Positions 11,601 through 21,830 of a stretch of 64,000 nt of DNA are shown one piece after another. Numbering within the stretch: position 1 is the first letter of the stretch; every line of letters starts with the position of its first letter. The notes below the pieces were generated by a model. It was not told the DNA's origin and ran no database searches. It saw only the letters and a program-made list of their open reading frames with translations. The stretch covers positions 128,001 to 192,000 of the forward strand of contig OZ244717.1 of assembly GCA_965218975.1 (NCBI GenBank), in the 5' to 3' direction. Both the position numbers and the translations under genes were made by a program. Source of the DNA: Candidatus Oxydemutatoraceae bacterium (lineage in GTDB: Bacteria > Pseudomonadota > Gammaproteobacteria > Poriferisulfidales > Oxydemutatoraceae).

Positions 11601-12426
11601 GTTAAGACGGGATTTTGAATATCTCACTGAACATGAAGAGCCGTCTATCAAGATGGCTCGAGTCCGATTGGCCCCGATGCTTTTTGCTCTCTATCGCATT
11701 GACCCAGATTTGACCAAACGCACATTTTTCCGGCGGATGGACCCTGAGGACAAGGAAACATTCGATCCGTATTTGTGGGAAGGTTATTTGTGGTATGCGC
11801 ATTGCTCAGCCGATCTTCTGGTAGCTTTCAAGCCTCTACTATTCAAGATACTTCGGCATCTTGATTGTATCCCTGAACACAGCCGTGATCGTGCAGTTAC
11901 TTTATTTACCTATCAGGCAGTCCCGCCAGATCGTGGGATCAGCACCGATGAAGCCAGGGGTGTTCTTTGGATACTGGGACCAGATAAATTGGTGAGTGTC
12001 GCAGCATCTCTCCGTAACATGTTGCAAGGTGCTGGTGAGAAGTCCTTGGCATTGTGGAGAGATACTGTCGAGCCTTGGTTTAATAAGGTGTGGCCCAGAC
12101 GTCCCAGTGACAAATCACCTGCCCTATCCGAAAATCTTGCTTGGATGGCCATAGACGCTGGGGAGGCATTTCCATCTATAGTCAATACGATCCAAGACAT
12201 ACTGACACCTGAGAATGAGGGTGCTGCTCTTCATTTTCTTTCTACGGAGGAGCAAGATACTGGTCTTGTAAGCCGGTATCCCCAAGACTCTTTAAGTCTC
12301 ATAGATCAGCTCGTTTACGATGGTAGAGATCATGAAATTCTGGGTGGATTGCTGAACACAATATCCGCAGCAGATCCTACACTGAAGGAAACAGATTCCT
12401 TTAATCGACTCTCAAAAATGTTATAA
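8680..12426 (+). CDS. SIR2-domain anti-phage protein, Dsr1-like
   Basis: N-terminal SIR2_2 motifs VVFFCGVGVS..GLPSF, TTNFD, YLHG, FIGYSLEDP followed by ~1000 aa helical region; size and N-terminus resemble defence-associated sirtuin Dsr1. Confidence 0.8.
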   Translation: MDFIPEELLRGHEDREVVFFCGVGVSVPAGLPSFKKLVEDTLADLLPLKEQCEPGSTEALAWQAFEDKKYDEALGILESPQHGGYEAKDVREKVRRHLSEPRTKTLDKHLILTRLADLDTEHGRLVTTNFDELFERSQIKLRKLEQSSHRMDVHIAPTLPPAKPETFKGLVYLHGKLGSSPNNRQLVLTTANFGMAYMLEGWALRFVTELFRHYHVVFIGYSLEDPTMRYLVSALAAAREERSQQFKEPYVFAPYSSEETAGLDKVKQQWKLRGITPILYDKTNKHQQLWQALEKWADNYRQGITGRRQLVSHLSQLPPVSDENDSTIRDMAWALKDTNVARHFADLTGKRRPIPEWIMPLQKKGLLSLPIGQTDDGQPIFVPLVSSRQLADLFDLNEVTFHLGRWIAKCLDSQVVLDWALTEGAILHSELHHQIRTQLDENTTQLPPALHKIWRILADGSYAHMLSERYTNRSYRNFTHPSLGPDATFALQIFLNRLRPIPIFKARPDFLWRKQIPDPSRPRNWCEIEIELIGVNGDYEIQKFRNNAEDWSSALAVIAEELTTRLREAMGWFCEFGLAGPNEDITHIEYKSISPHEQNKHAHHAHTWTQLIALARDSYDALVAQEDHAAATHLVQRWRSLPYPVFRRLALYAATKNPRLDVEFGLDILLDRQQPALWDINIMREPLRFLRKRGHQFREEQLTQLTEAILEGPPRQMYQEDLTADEWNTVRDYQILLRLYKLKEAGVLLPVSVQKTYDRIQSSLSWQPKGDHSEEFSFFISSDTAALGPINESKLENFGEMSDEQFIQWSEKQQDEDILLWKRSGSWSQFVKNDTQAAVRLLKAASDNNVWPARPWYYVLYACGQEGQENVTDALKQVIAKLLVDMPIQTLGKLYLQAARWFEGVWRQLDEALRRKLWRRIWDASIEGEEPQHDLDFNMAHHHAGGILGNILYNELTKRIPSIASGQSPGFPKQLRRDFEYLTEHEEPSIKMARVRLAPMLFALYRIDPDLTKRTFFRRMDPEDKETFDPYLWEGYLWYAHCSADLLVAFKPLLFKILRHLDCIPEHSRDRAVTLFTYQAVPPDRGISTDEARGVLWILGPDKLVSVAASLRNMLQGAGEKSLALWRDTVEPWFNKVWPRRPSDKSPALSENLAWMAIDAGEAFPSIVNTIQDILTPENEGAALHFLSTEEQDTGLVSRYPQDSLSLIDQLVYDGRDHEILGGLLNTISAADPTLKETDSFNRLSKML

Positions 12427-12783
12427 AAACCATGCTGCGGCAGGTGGTCTTGACTTCGTAGGTTTTGGCTTTGATTTTGGTTTGGTCGCGGCAAATCTTC
12501 CTGTACGATTCTCCAGACGACCGCAAAATCAATCTCAAAATAGCCATGTACGATGCGATTGCGCAAACTGATGATGTGAGGCCAAGAAATTTCCCGATGT
12601 GCTTTCCTAATATCTTCACTGACACGGGAAGCGCCTTCTCCCACAATTTCCAGCACTTTAAGAATCACATTCCGGTGTAAATCGCTCTGTACAAACTGCG
12701 AGTAAGTAAGTCCTTTTGCAAATGCTATTGCCTGACGCGCAAGCTACCGGCATATCAAGCAGGTAGGCGTCGTCACGCCGCAT
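12330..12783 (-). pseudogene. HEPN (DUF86/HepT-like) toxin, copy 1, frameshifted
   Basis: RNRIVH RX4H motif; extra A at 12741-12742 relative to intact copy 2 shifts the frame; C-terminus replaced after EDLPR. Confidence 0.75.
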
Positions 12784-13084
12784 AGATGACTTCAACGGAA
12801 TCTAGAATCGCCTTCCGGCGAATGTAGTTATGGCTTTGCTCCACGGATGTACGTGTCAGAACATCCACTCGTCTACCGAACAAGTCTGATAACTCAGAGG
12901 CTATACCGACAAACTTCAACCCCGGCGTATGACCTGGCGCAAACTCTACCAGTATGTCAATGTCGCTCTCCGGTCCGAAATCTTTTCTTAATGCTGAACC
13001 AAAGATCGCAAGCTGGGCTATGCCGTTTGCACGACAGAACTCAGCAACGCGGTCCTTTGGAATGTACAAGTCCGGATTCATGCT
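12448..13084. repeat. ~635 bp direct duplication of the MNT-HEPN module (partner at 21831-22466)
   Basis: Near-identical from TCTTGACTTCGTAGG to CCGGATTCATGCT in both places. Confidence 0.93.
12773..13081 (-). CDS. Minimal nucleotidyltransferase (MNT) antitoxin, copy 1
   Basis: IFGSALRKDFGPESDIDILVEF (GSX10DXD); overlaps the HEPN start. Confidence 0.88.
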   Translation of the reverse strand: MNPDLYIPKDRVAEFCRANGIAQLAIFGSALRKDFGPESDIDILVEFAPGHTPGLKFVGIASELSDLFGRRVDVLTRTSVEQSHNYIRRKAILDSVEVIYAA

Positions 13085-13243
13085 TTTGAAACCCCCAACT
13101 CTGGCATTCGGTCCCACGTTTGGTTGCACAATACCTCCCCCTGCCATGTTCAATCTTCATATCTTTCACTTTCATTCATCTGCCCTCCTTCATAGACGCC
13201 CCTGTAGTGCTGCTCTACAGCCTTCAACCTGCGTTTGATCAGA

Positions 13244-14182
13244 TTAATCTCCAGCTTCGGTGTTTTGACGCCTTGTCATTAGTGAACGGATCAATTGTTC
13301 CGAACAGCCGGCAATCCAGCGGCTTTGATTGGCGGTAGCCGAATTTACTTTCCTGATAAACCAATCTTGATCTCGACCAAGTATAGCCAAGGTTTCTCTA
13401 TCTGGATCTGGTGATTCTAAAGCCAAAACAACCACATCGTGAGCGATAGGGAGGCAACTCTGCTCATCTCGATTCATCTTGAAAATGGTAATGCCATGAC
13501 TTCCAATCACGAAGCTTCTTTTGGGCACTTCAATAACACCAATCCATAAACAGTTTTCCCCGCAAAATTTTTTCTCTTCTCGGAGAAGACGAATGTCATC
13601 GCTTGCGGCGAATTGCGCATTGACATTTCGCTGCCTTTTTTGCGTCTGTATTACTCTATTTAGATCTTGATAAACCGAATCCTTGTCAGGTAACGGCTGG
13701 TTCAGTTTTTTGGCCCACTCTTTTGCTATTTCATAGTAACCATCCTTAAAACTTTTGCTTGACATTAGCCGCTGCTGAGACTCAGGGGTTCTTCCGGCCA
13801 TCGAATATATAAACCTTTTGAAAACGTCGGAATCATTTTGAGAAAGTTCCGGGCATTGTTTACTTCGGGCTTTTTTAATTATCTCCTTTACAACAGGGCC
13901 TACTGCCCCTTCGAGCTTTTGAATAGCTTTATCAAATTTATAATTTTTCCCGGGCAAGTCACCTGTATTGGGATCCCTGACGCGCTCGGTGTATAGCTCC
14001 GTCCCCACGAAAACGTTTCTAGGCCTGGTTTTCCAAGTCTTTCCTTTTTCTCTGTCGCCTACCCAGAGATAACCTTCACAATCGCAAAAATTGTTAAGCA
14101 ACAATTGTGGAACGTAATGCTGCCGTTTCGGGTTATCGGTACCCACCCTATTTTGCCCTGCAGTTAAAATTCTTAAGCTCAC
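13244..14182 (-). CDS. DUF4238 domain protein
   Basis: N-terminal KRQHYVPQLLLNNF signature; defence-island context. Confidence 0.72.
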   Translation of the reverse strand: MSLRILTAGQNRVGTDNPKRQHYVPQLLLNNFCDCEGYLWVGDREKGKTWKTRPRNVFVGTELYTERVRDPNTGDLPGKNYKFDKAIQKLEGAVGPVVKEIIKKARSKQCPELSQNDSDVFKRFIYSMAGRTPESQQRLMSSKSFKDGYYEIAKEWAKKLNQPLPDKDSVYQDLNRVIQTQKRQRNVNAQFAASDDIRLLREEKKFCGENCLWIGVIEVPKRSFVIGSHGITIFKMNRDEQSCLPIAHDVVVLALESPDPDRETLAILGRDQDWFIRKVNSATANQSRWIAGCSEQLIRSLMTRRQNTEAGD

Positions 14183-14552
14183 ATGGCATCGTACAGTCCC
14201 TTTTTGATGACATCAAATTCAAATATGATTGAGAAATTAAAATCCGCCAAACCTAAGAGTTCCCCTTCAAGATCACCTATAACTTGCAAATACCAGTCGT
14301 TATTTCGGCGTTGGTTTTCAACACTGTCAATACTCGTATACCCAATGGCTCACGGGCCTGCTATCGCACAATATCCTTGGTCCGGCGGTTCTCTTTATCA
14401 GGCCATCGTTCTACTTGCAGCTTGGAATAACCTTGGCTGCAAAAGAAGGTAACAACCGCTTCAATTACGTCACTGTCATCGTGCTTATCCATGGTGCCTA
14501 TCAAATGTGCGGCAGTTCAGGTGAGGGCTTCACTAAATAGTTGCTCCAACTT

Positions 14553-17500
14553 TTACCGGACCTTTACTCCGGTATCAAATGGTTCCGGCAAGCTCCCGAC
14601 GATACTCACGGTTACAACGCTTACATGCACAATTCGACGAATCGCCGCAATCAGGTCTCTTGAGTCATAAAACCAGCCGTTAGGATCATTCACGATACCG
14701 CTATGTGTATCCTTGGCTATCCTGTAGCGGTCAATGAACCATCCAAGTGGAGTGCGGCCATTAACTTCATAGTGATGTGCTTCAGCGGGGACCCGTTCCA
14801 GACGGACATAGTCGTTAACTATAAGTGTTGATTTTTCGTCATCGGCAAACCGCATGGCTTTACGTCCGATCTGAAAATGTTCCGGTTGTGGTTCTCCGGG
14901 CTGTGTATACACGACTTCAAGCGGATGCTCCTCACACGTTTCATAACCCAGGTGAAGTTCGGCAAGTTTTTTTCCGGCTTCTGCAAAGGCATGAAAATCC
15001 GGGGCCATCGGGACACGCGGCAAATCCTTGGACAAATCATTGGCAAATTGTTCTCGATAGGCGGGTGCATGAAGGACACCGTAAACGTAATAGAAAATCG
15101 TGTCCTTGCTGATTGTGTTGTCATTGTAATGAATACGAAATTTCTTGAGCGTGACGTCAGTGATGTTATCAATGCGCTTCGGGTCATGCGTGTCCGCCAA
15201 TAGTTCGCCCTGCTTTTCTTCCTTTTTTTGCTCATACCGGTATCGAGGGAAACATTGGCCATTAAACATCAATTGAATATCCGGCATTGTATCTACCATA
15301 AGAACACAGAACGGCTTGGTTGAACCGATGCCCGGCACGCAGATCACCCGATTTTCGCTGTCGGAAGTTGGGAAGATGCGATCCATCTGGTACTTATTAC
15401 TCACAAATACATATTCGATGTAACAGTGCTGTTTGACGAAAGGTCGATATTGTGTCGTCCAGATCTTGTCTGTCGAATACGCCACAGCTTTCTGTCTGCG
15501 CAAGTTGTTTTTTAACTCCCGGTCCCACCTCATATTCGAAGAATGCTGGCTAGCAACCTTATCTACTGTGTACTCAGGATGTTCTTGGCGAACCTGCAAC
15601 GCACCCAGATAATCGTTCGCCATATTTTGTGCATTCTCTGCGCAGGCATTGCGGGAAAAGTTGTAGGTGTACGCGTCACGGCTGGTCTTATAGCCATTGC
15701 TATATAGCTTGAATACTGCATCACTTATCCTCCCTGCTTTCGCGTCTTTTGACCCCAAAGGATAAAACGCCTGAAATGCTTCATCACGCTGACCAATCCA
15801 GTCGTTATGCTGCCGATCCGGTTTGATTTTTTGCCAGTCCTTAATGCCAGAAATTGAGCCTGCTTCCCGCAGAATTTTCAGCTTTCCCTCGCGCTTCAGA
15901 TAATCCCCGATATCTCGGTACAGGATGCGACATCCCCCATCACTAGCATTCGGATTCGGATTGCGCGCCAGAATCACAATACCTACAGTTGCACTAGAGC
16001 CTTTGCCGAACACAGGCCCCCCTTCTGCACGTCCACGTTCACCTCCTTTCCATGTGTGACCACGCAAATTCAATACGTAAATTGAGTTGAACTCCTCTGC
16101 AAGACAGGCACGTACCCCTGAATCTACATTCCCATCAATCCACGAACCATTCGTTACAAACGCGACGACACCCCGCTCGCCAATCCGATCCGAAGCCCAA
16201 CGGATCGCCATTTTGTACGTGTCATAAAGGCTGTTTTTGTTAGTTGACTTGGACCGGTCAGCAAAAGTTTCGGTGACCCTCGTAGCAATCTCTGGATAAG
16301 CAATGTTTGGATTATCATCCGCTGAACTCCTCTGACCAGCTCGCCAAGGAGGGTTACTAACAATCACCTGAATCGGCAGCTTCTGCTGGCGCTCCGCGCG
16401 CGCGCTATTGTCCGGTAACCAGTCCTTCGGAAAGCTCGCACGCTCAGTATGAAGATTGAACGTGTCCGTCAGAACAATGCCGCCGAACGGCTCATAGTCA
16501 CTCTCGGTACCACGTCTGCCATGAAATGCTTCCTCGATATGAACGGCTGCAATGTAGTAGGCCAGCAAAATGATCTCGTTGGCATGAAGCTCTGTACGGT
16601 ACTTCCTGACCAGATCGCCATCTCGGATCAGTTGTGACTGCAATAGACGCACCAGAAAGATGCCGGTGCCGGTGAACGGATCCAGGACATGCACGCCTTC
16701 ATCGCTTAACGAACGTCCGAACTCGTTACGTAACACCTCATCCGCACTAGCCAAAATGAAATCAACAATCTCCACCGGTGTGTAGACGATGCCCAGCCGG
16801 TCCGCATCCTTTTTCATCGCTGTAGCGAAGAACTTCTCATACAGCTCCATCAGCACCCGCTGGCGTGCCGCACTATTGTCCAGGCCTTGCGCGCGCATCC
16901 GTACACTTTCATAGAAGCTTTCCATGTCACGTATTTCATTCTCCAGCCCGAATTCCCCAAAATCCTTCCTCAGGGAATCAAGTGCCCGGGCCACCGGATT
17001 GCCTTCTGCAAAATTGTATTGCTCGAACAGGGCCTCGAAGACAGGGCGCGTCAGGATGTGCTGGGCCATCATGTGAATGGCGCTGTCACGGGTAATGGAA
17101 TCATTGATCGAGACTTTCAGTTCCTTATGGAACGCCCCGAACCACTCGCATAAAGTGTCATTTTCAGGATCATTAAGCAGCCCTTCAATCCGTGCAATCA
17201 GGCGTGAGAAGATATGAGCCACGTCCTTGGCCCAGGTTTCCCAGTACTTACGATCTCCACACTTCTCGACAATCTTTGCAAAGATTGCACCGGGCGGCAG
17301 ATCAAGAAGCGGAAAAGCCAGCTGTGCAGAAGAAACATCTCCTTCCTCAGACCATTTACCACCACTGAAGATAATCCGGCTTGTCGGGGTGTTGTTGAGG
17401 TCAATCTGGTTGATCTCGGCATCCAGTCGGTCATCGTGGGAGCGCAAGGCCTGCAACACATCCCAGACAACGGCATAGGTTTCGTTGTCATTCAGTGCTT

Positions 17501-19307
17501 CTGCAGGATCGATATCTACCGGCACGGCAATCGGGAGAATGATGTACCCATATTCTTTTCCAGGGGCCTTGCGCATCGCGCGCCCCACTGCCTGCACGAT
17601 ATCCACATGCGATTTGCGTGCACTCATGAACAACACTGCATCCAGCGCCGGCACATCAATCCCTTCAGACAGACACCGCGCATTCGTGAGAATACGGCAG
17701 GTTCCGTTTGTATCTTTCTTCAACCATTCAATCCGGGCCTTCCTGTCGAGCGCATGGTGCTGTCCATCAACATGCTTCACTTCACATCGGAATGCCTTGG
17801 AAGAGTCCTCCTTAGGGAGCAAGGCAATTGCCTGTTCGATCACGCTATCCCAATGCGCTTCCAGCCGTTGGGATGATCGGATCGTGTTCACAAATGCAAT
17901 CGCACGACGCAAACGGTGGGCTCCACCAGCATTAAGAGGTTTGTCTTCCGGGTTCTGCAAAGCCTGCCAGCAACCCACAATCTTTGCCGCATCAGAAAGG
18001 TTGATCTCGCTGTCTTGCGCGGCCAAATGCTCCTGTAGGGCAGCATCTACCTGCTGTTCGGATATGGCAAGTACCACCACCTTGTAATCGGACAACAGGT
18101 TCTGCTCCACTGCTCTTGAGAAAGGCAGGCGATGAAACTCGGACCCGTAGGTCTCCGGATCGTCCATGGAAAAAACTTCCATGTCATGACTGGCGGCCCT
18201 GGACTTGGCGCTTGCCGTATACAGTCGTGGGGTAGCAGTCATGTACAGACGCTTGGCCGCACGAATCCGCTGTGCATCATGGACCAGTACGAATGGTGAG
18301 GTCTTGTCACCGGGCCGGTCCACACCGGTCGTGCGATGTGCCTCGTCACACAGAATGAGGTCAAAGGCCGGTGCCCCTTCATCTTGGGCACTTTCGACCA
18401 AAGGAAGCGAATGGTAGGTGCAGAACACAACAGTCATTGCATCTGCAGATGCATTCTGCAAAGCCCTGGATATTGCGGTGGGGTCGGTCGTGACCGGAAT
18501 CTCCAGTTCCCGAAGCGAGGCATCCTCATTGATTCGACCGGCCCGTGTATCGGAACAGATTCCAATGTATCGGTGTGGTATGGCCCGTTGTTCAGCCCAC
18601 TCGCGCATCGCCTGCTGGAACAGGGAAATTGAGGGTACCAGGAAAAGTGCCCGGCCACCGATGCCTGCAGCGGATTCGGCAATGCGTAATGCAGTGAAGG
18701 TCTTGCCGGTCCCGCAAGCCATAATCAGCTTGCCGTGGTCCTGCCCGGAAAACCCGTTCAGCACGTCGTCAAATGCAGCCTGTTGATGGGGTCTAAGACT
18801 GAATGGCTCAGCACGGTATGAAAGTGACTCCGGGTCTTGATGTACCAGGTCCGGCCAGTCGAACGGACGGCTCGCCAGATCACCGAAACGAAGTACATTG
18901 CAGGCAGGTTGTAATCGATCAAGGGCCTTCCTTGCATTCGGCCCCCATTCATCCCCTGTGTCCACAACCATGCGCGCCGTGAACGGTTCGCGAGCCGAAG
19001 CTGAAATGAATGAATCAAGATGTGTTTTCGATATCCGCGTACCCGGTGCATAGCACTTGCACTGAATAGCGCAATAACCGCCTTGACGCTCTTGCGTGAC
19101 CAGATCTATACCCGTGTCACTTCCATCGTAGTCCGGGCGTATCTGCGCCCATTCGGACCACAGCCAGACATCACTGAACCGGTCCCGATAGACCGGGTCC
19201 TGCTTAAAGTAGGCCTTCATCAGTCTTTCAAACAGGCGACCTTTTCCCAATTCTGAATCGGCTATGGATCGGATATGATTCAGTGCTTGCCGGAAACTTT
19301 CAGCCAT
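14553..19307 (-). CDS. Type ISP restriction-modification enzyme (Mrr-like nuclease, SF2 helicase, m6A MTase, TRD)
   Basis: DTGIDLV..AIQCKCY; MACGTGKT, CDEAH, QAVGR; VLDPFTGTG, NPPW; C-terminal YRPF/YEVNGR specificity region; 1584 aa LlaGI-like architecture. Confidence 0.93.
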   Translation of the reverse strand: MAESFRQALNHIRSIADSELGKGRLFERLMKAYFKQDPVYRDRFSDVWLWSEWAQIRPDYDGSDTGIDLVTQERQGGYCAIQCKCYAPGTRISKTHLDSFISASAREPFTARMVVDTGDEWGPNARKALDRLQPACNVLRFGDLASRPFDWPDLVHQDPESLSYRAEPFSLRPHQQAAFDDVLNGFSGQDHGKLIMACGTGKTFTALRIAESAAGIGGRALFLVPSISLFQQAMREWAEQRAIPHRYIGICSDTRAGRINEDASLRELEIPVTTDPTAISRALQNASADAMTVVFCTYHSLPLVESAQDEGAPAFDLILCDEAHRTTGVDRPGDKTSPFVLVHDAQRIRAAKRLYMTATPRLYTASAKSRAASHDMEVFSMDDPETYGSEFHRLPFSRAVEQNLLSDYKVVVLAISEQQVDAALQEHLAAQDSEINLSDAAKIVGCWQALQNPEDKPLNAGGAHRLRRAIAFVNTIRSSQRLEAHWDSVIEQAIALLPKEDSSKAFRCEVKHVDGQHHALDRKARIEWLKKDTNGTCRILTNARCLSEGIDVPALDAVLFMSARKSHVDIVQAVGRAMRKAPGKEYGYIILPIAVPVDIDPAEALNDNETYAVVWDVLQALRSHDDRLDAEINQIDLNNTPTSRIIFSGGKWSEEGDVSSAQLAFPLLDLPPGAIFAKIVEKCGDRKYWETWAKDVAHIFSRLIARIEGLLNDPENDTLCEWFGAFHKELKVSINDSITRDSAIHMMAQHILTRPVFEALFEQYNFAEGNPVARALDSLRKDFGEFGLENEIRDMESFYESVRMRAQGLDNSAARQRVLMELYEKFFATAMKKDADRLGIVYTPVEIVDFILASADEVLRNEFGRSLSDEGVHVLDPFTGTGIFLVRLLQSQLIRDGDLVRKYRTELHANEIILLAYYIAAVHIEEAFHGRRGTESDYEPFGGIVLTDTFNLHTERASFPKDWLPDNSARAERQQKLPIQVIVSNPPWRAGQRSSADDNPNIAYPEIATRVTETFADRSKSTNKNSLYDTYKMAIRWASDRIGERGVVAFVTNGSWIDGNVDSGVRACLAEEFNSIYVLNLRGHTWKGGERGRAEGGPVFGKGSSATVGIVILARNPNPNASDGGCRILYRDIGDYLKREGKLKILREAGSISGIKDWQKIKPDRQHNDWIGQRDEAFQAFYPLGSKDAKAGRISDAVFKLYSNGYKTSRDAYTYNFSRNACAENAQNMANDYLGALQVRQEHPEYTVDKVASQHSSNMRWDRELKNNLRRQKAVAYSTDKIWTTQYRPFVKQHCYIEYVFVSNKYQMDRIFPTSDSENRVICVPGIGSTKPFCVLMVDTMPDIQLMFNGQCFPRYRYEQKKEEKQGELLADTHDPKRIDNITDVTLKKFRIHYNDNTISKDTIFYYVYGVLHAPAYREQFANDLSKDLPRVPMAPDFHAFAEAGKKLAELHLGYETCEEHPLEVVYTQPGEPQPEHFQIGRKAMRFADDEKSTLIVNDYVRLERVPAEAHHYEVNGRTPLGWFIDRYRIAKDTHSGIVNDPNGWFYDSRDLIAAIRRIVHVSVVTVSIVGSLPEPFDTGVKVR

Positions 19308-19550
19308 GGGTAAAAATCAGAGGACAGTTACGTGTTTGACGAAGCAATAAAAGGGGCATACATCTCTTCCGAGCGAAAAGCGTTATTGTATTGGTTTCCG
19401 TAACCTTTGTTTACCTAAATTTCATTTTGCGAGTGATGGCATGAAACACGTCATTATAAATGGCGTGGGAACTTCATCACCCGGGTATTTGGCAGTACGT
19501 CTGATTGATGCCTGCGAGTTAAACAATCAAAGAACAGACAAAAAACCACG

Positions 19551-19669
19551 CCGGTTTCTGTAACGGTTTTCCATTGACGCTGATTCCCGATTCTGTTTGG
19601 GTCGCACCAGTGATCTGTGGCGACTGCATGACCTGGTCGCAACAAGTCCTTTGCCGGTATTCCAGTGAA
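19551..19669. repeat. ~118 bp diverged direct repeat (partner at 24385-24501)
   Basis: Shared CTGTAACG..CATTGAC..ATTCCCGATTCTGTT..TGATCTGTGGCGACTGCA..GTCGCAACAAGTCCTTTGCCGGTAT. Confidence 0.85.
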
Positions 19670-19690
19670 TGTATAGTGCCGGACACATAC
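19670..19690 (+). mobile_element. Isolated IS481-like terminal inverted repeat
   Basis: TGTATAGTGCCGGACACATA matches the reverse complement of the end at 22617-22636 at 17/20 positions. Confidence 0.6.
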
Positions 19691-19922
19691 AATTCGTCTA
19701 ATGGGATGACTCGCCTCTTGCGGGTCCAGATAAAGCAGCCTACAGTCGTCCCTGGTCATGGCACGCAGGCCATATATGCAGCTTTGTTGATTTTTCTGTG
19801 TCAGCCTAAAATTTTTCGGACAACCTGCTTAAAAAATCAATTGCGTCATTGAAGCTTGCCGGATCCTGTGATTTGGCATAGGACATCCTCGAAACAAATT
19901 GTTCATACTCCACTTTATACAT

Positions 19923-20357
19923 TCATCGCGGCGCCAAAAGTTCGTCCACGTGCTTTGCTACTTCTCGCGCAACTCGTAACAATGCGGCGACGAGTTGTTC
20001 GTCTATTTCCATTGCGCCTTCGTACTCAGCAAGGTTGCGCTTGCGGTGGGCATGGTCCAGTACACGCCACTGCTCCCGAGGCAGATTGATGGTGTGTTGC
20101 AGGCATTGAAAGACCAGATAACGCGAATCGGAGCGGTAGCCTTGCGTTCGCAAAGCTGCGAGCGCGAGCGCATGGGCCGCGTTGTAGCCAAGGTCAAAAC
20201 GGCTCTCCAGGCTCAAGTCCTTTCTTCCGGCATCGTCAAGGCGGCGTAAGCCGGAACGAAACAGACCCTCGATTTCCTCCTCCACGGCCAGCTCCGCCTT
20301 GAGTTGACCGATGCGCGCCAGATTATCGAGTTGCTGATTTGTCGTTTTCTTTTCCAA
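19923..20357 (-). CDS. HEPN-like protein, partner of the upstream nucleotidyltransferase
   Basis: FDLGYNAAHALALAAL...HRKRNLAEYEG; overlaps the end of the MNT gene. Confidence 0.7.
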   Translation of the reverse strand: MEKKTTNQQLDNLARIGQLKAELAVEEEIEGLFRSGLRRLDDAGRKDLSLESRFDLGYNAAHALALAALRTQGYRSDSRYLVFQCLQHTINLPREQWRVLDHAHRKRNLAEYEGAMEIDEQLVAALLRVAREVAKHVDELLAPR

Positions 20358-20988
20358 TGAGCACCAGACGTTCGCCGGCGAACACCCGGGTCAGGAAGGT
20401 GTTTCCGGCCGATCGTCGAGCGTTGAACTCCTGCACCGTATAGAGAATGGGGCTGATCTTGCGGTCAAGGCTCGATTCCACAGGAGCAAGCGCGGTGTAG
20501 AGATCTTCCAGCATCATGCCGTCAGCGGTGACGAGCAGATCTATATCGCTGTCTGCCGTATCTGTGCCATGCACGACGGAACCGTAGATCATAGCCAGCG
20601 TAATGCGGTCGGCAAAAGGCTCCAGCGCCTGCCGGATCGGCTCAACCATGGCAACTGTTTTGCGCACGATGCCAACTAGTTCGTGATACACGGGACCGGC
20701 GGGATTGGCCTTGTAATGCTTCTGCGTTCCGATTGAGGTAACGTTCACCAGCCTGCTGGAGGCCAAGCGCTGTAGCTCGCGCTGCACAGCTCCGGAACCG
20801 GAGCCGGTCAGCTCGATCAACTCACTGGTAAAAAAGCTCCGGTCGGGCTGGCCGAATAGTAGGGCCAGAACCCGCTGCTGGGTGGTGGTGAAGAGCGCAT
20901 CGGCGAGACTGGTGGGTGTACCGACGTGCTCAGCCGCCGTCTTGCGGCGGGTCGGCCGCGACAGGCGTGTTGGTGTTGATATGCCCAT
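20323..20988 (-). CDS. HTH-nucleotidyltransferase (MNT-type antitoxin/regulator)
   Basis: N-terminal wHTH (QRVLALLFGQP..GAVQRELQRL) plus IYGSVVHGTDTADSDIDLLV; visibly GC-richer than the backbone; start uncertain. Confidence 0.8.
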   Translation of the reverse strand: MGISTPTRLSRPTRRKTAAEHVGTPTSLADALFTTTQQRVLALLFGQPDRSFFTSELIELTGSGSGAVQRELQRLASSRLVNVTSIGTQKHYKANPAGPVYHELVGIVRKTVAMVEPIRQALEPFADRITLAMIYGSVVHGTDTADSDIDLLVTADGMMLEDLYTALAPVESSLDRKISPILYTVQEFNARRSAGNTFLTRVFAGERLVLIGKENDKSATR

Positions 20989-21060
20989 AATGGGTATTCT
21001 AATGCCTGATCCGGGCAATATGCAATGTGTGTATAAGTCCATAACATTTAGCACTCCGGC

Positions 21061-21158
21061 GGCACTTCGGGTGGTGAGTCAAAAGCGATTGTATCGGGGA
21101 CTGCAACCCCAGTGAATGTCAGTGAATAATGGGTGAGCCGCGCCTCGGAAAACCGAAT
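21061..21158 (+). repeat. Left long inverted repeat (partner at 25826-25918)
   Basis: GGCACTTCGGGTGGTGAGTCAAAAGCGATTGTATCGGGGACTGCAACCCCAGTGAATGTCAGTGAATAATGGGTGAGCCGCGCCTCGGAAAACC is the near-exact reverse complement of 25826-25918. Confidence 0.9.
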
Positions 21159-21830
21159 GGGTGAGCCGCGCCCGGAAAACCAATTGGTTTTCAGCGGCGA
21201 ACGACCCGACAAGGGCGTCGGGGCTGGGGTTTATTTGCAGAACCAAGCTTCGTCATGGACGACATGTACTGTGCTAATAATCCGGTACAATCTGCCACCA
21301 AACGCAAAACTGATAAGCCGCGCCCGGAAAACCAATTGGTTTTCAGCGGCGAACGACCCGACAAGGACGTCGGGGCTGGGGTTTATTTGCAGAACCAAGC
21401 TTCGTCATGGACGACATGTACTGTGCTAATAATCCGGTACAATCTGCCACCAAATGCAAAACTGATAAGCCGCGCCCGGAAAACCAATTGGTTTTCAGCG
21501 GCGAACGACCCGACAAGGACGTCGGGGCTGGGGTTTATTTGCAGAACCAAGCTTCGTCATGGACGACATGTACTGTGCTAATAATCCGGTACAATCTGCC
21601 ACCAAACGCAAAACTGATAAGCCGCGCCCGGAAAACCAATTGGTTTTCAGCGGCGAACGACCCGACAAGGACGTCGGGGCTGGGGTTTATTGACAGCACG
21701 AAATGGACGACAAGCTCTGTCAAGGACGACATGTGGCACAATCCGGCACAATCCACCAACAACCCTGCACAATCCGGCACAACCCTGCTACCAAACACAA
21801 AACGGGTGAGCCGCGCCCGGAAAATCGATC
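21159..21830 (+). repeat. Tandem array of the hairpin repeat, 152 bp period (4 cores plus a half copy at 21804)
   Basis: AGCCGCGCCCGG recurs at 21164, 21316, 21468 and 21620; linkers are near-identical. Confidence 0.95.

Noticed and set aside
14819-19256. Many overlapping ORFs within the Type ISP gene
   Set aside because: Antisense and alternate-frame shadows of a long, GC-richer gene, with no motifs.
21310-21400. Hammerhead ribozyme or group II intron domain V in the repeat
   Set aside because: CTGATAAG does not match CUGANGA and occurs only in the 152 bp linker; the GAGCCG start lacks the rest of domain V; no reverse transcriptase is present.
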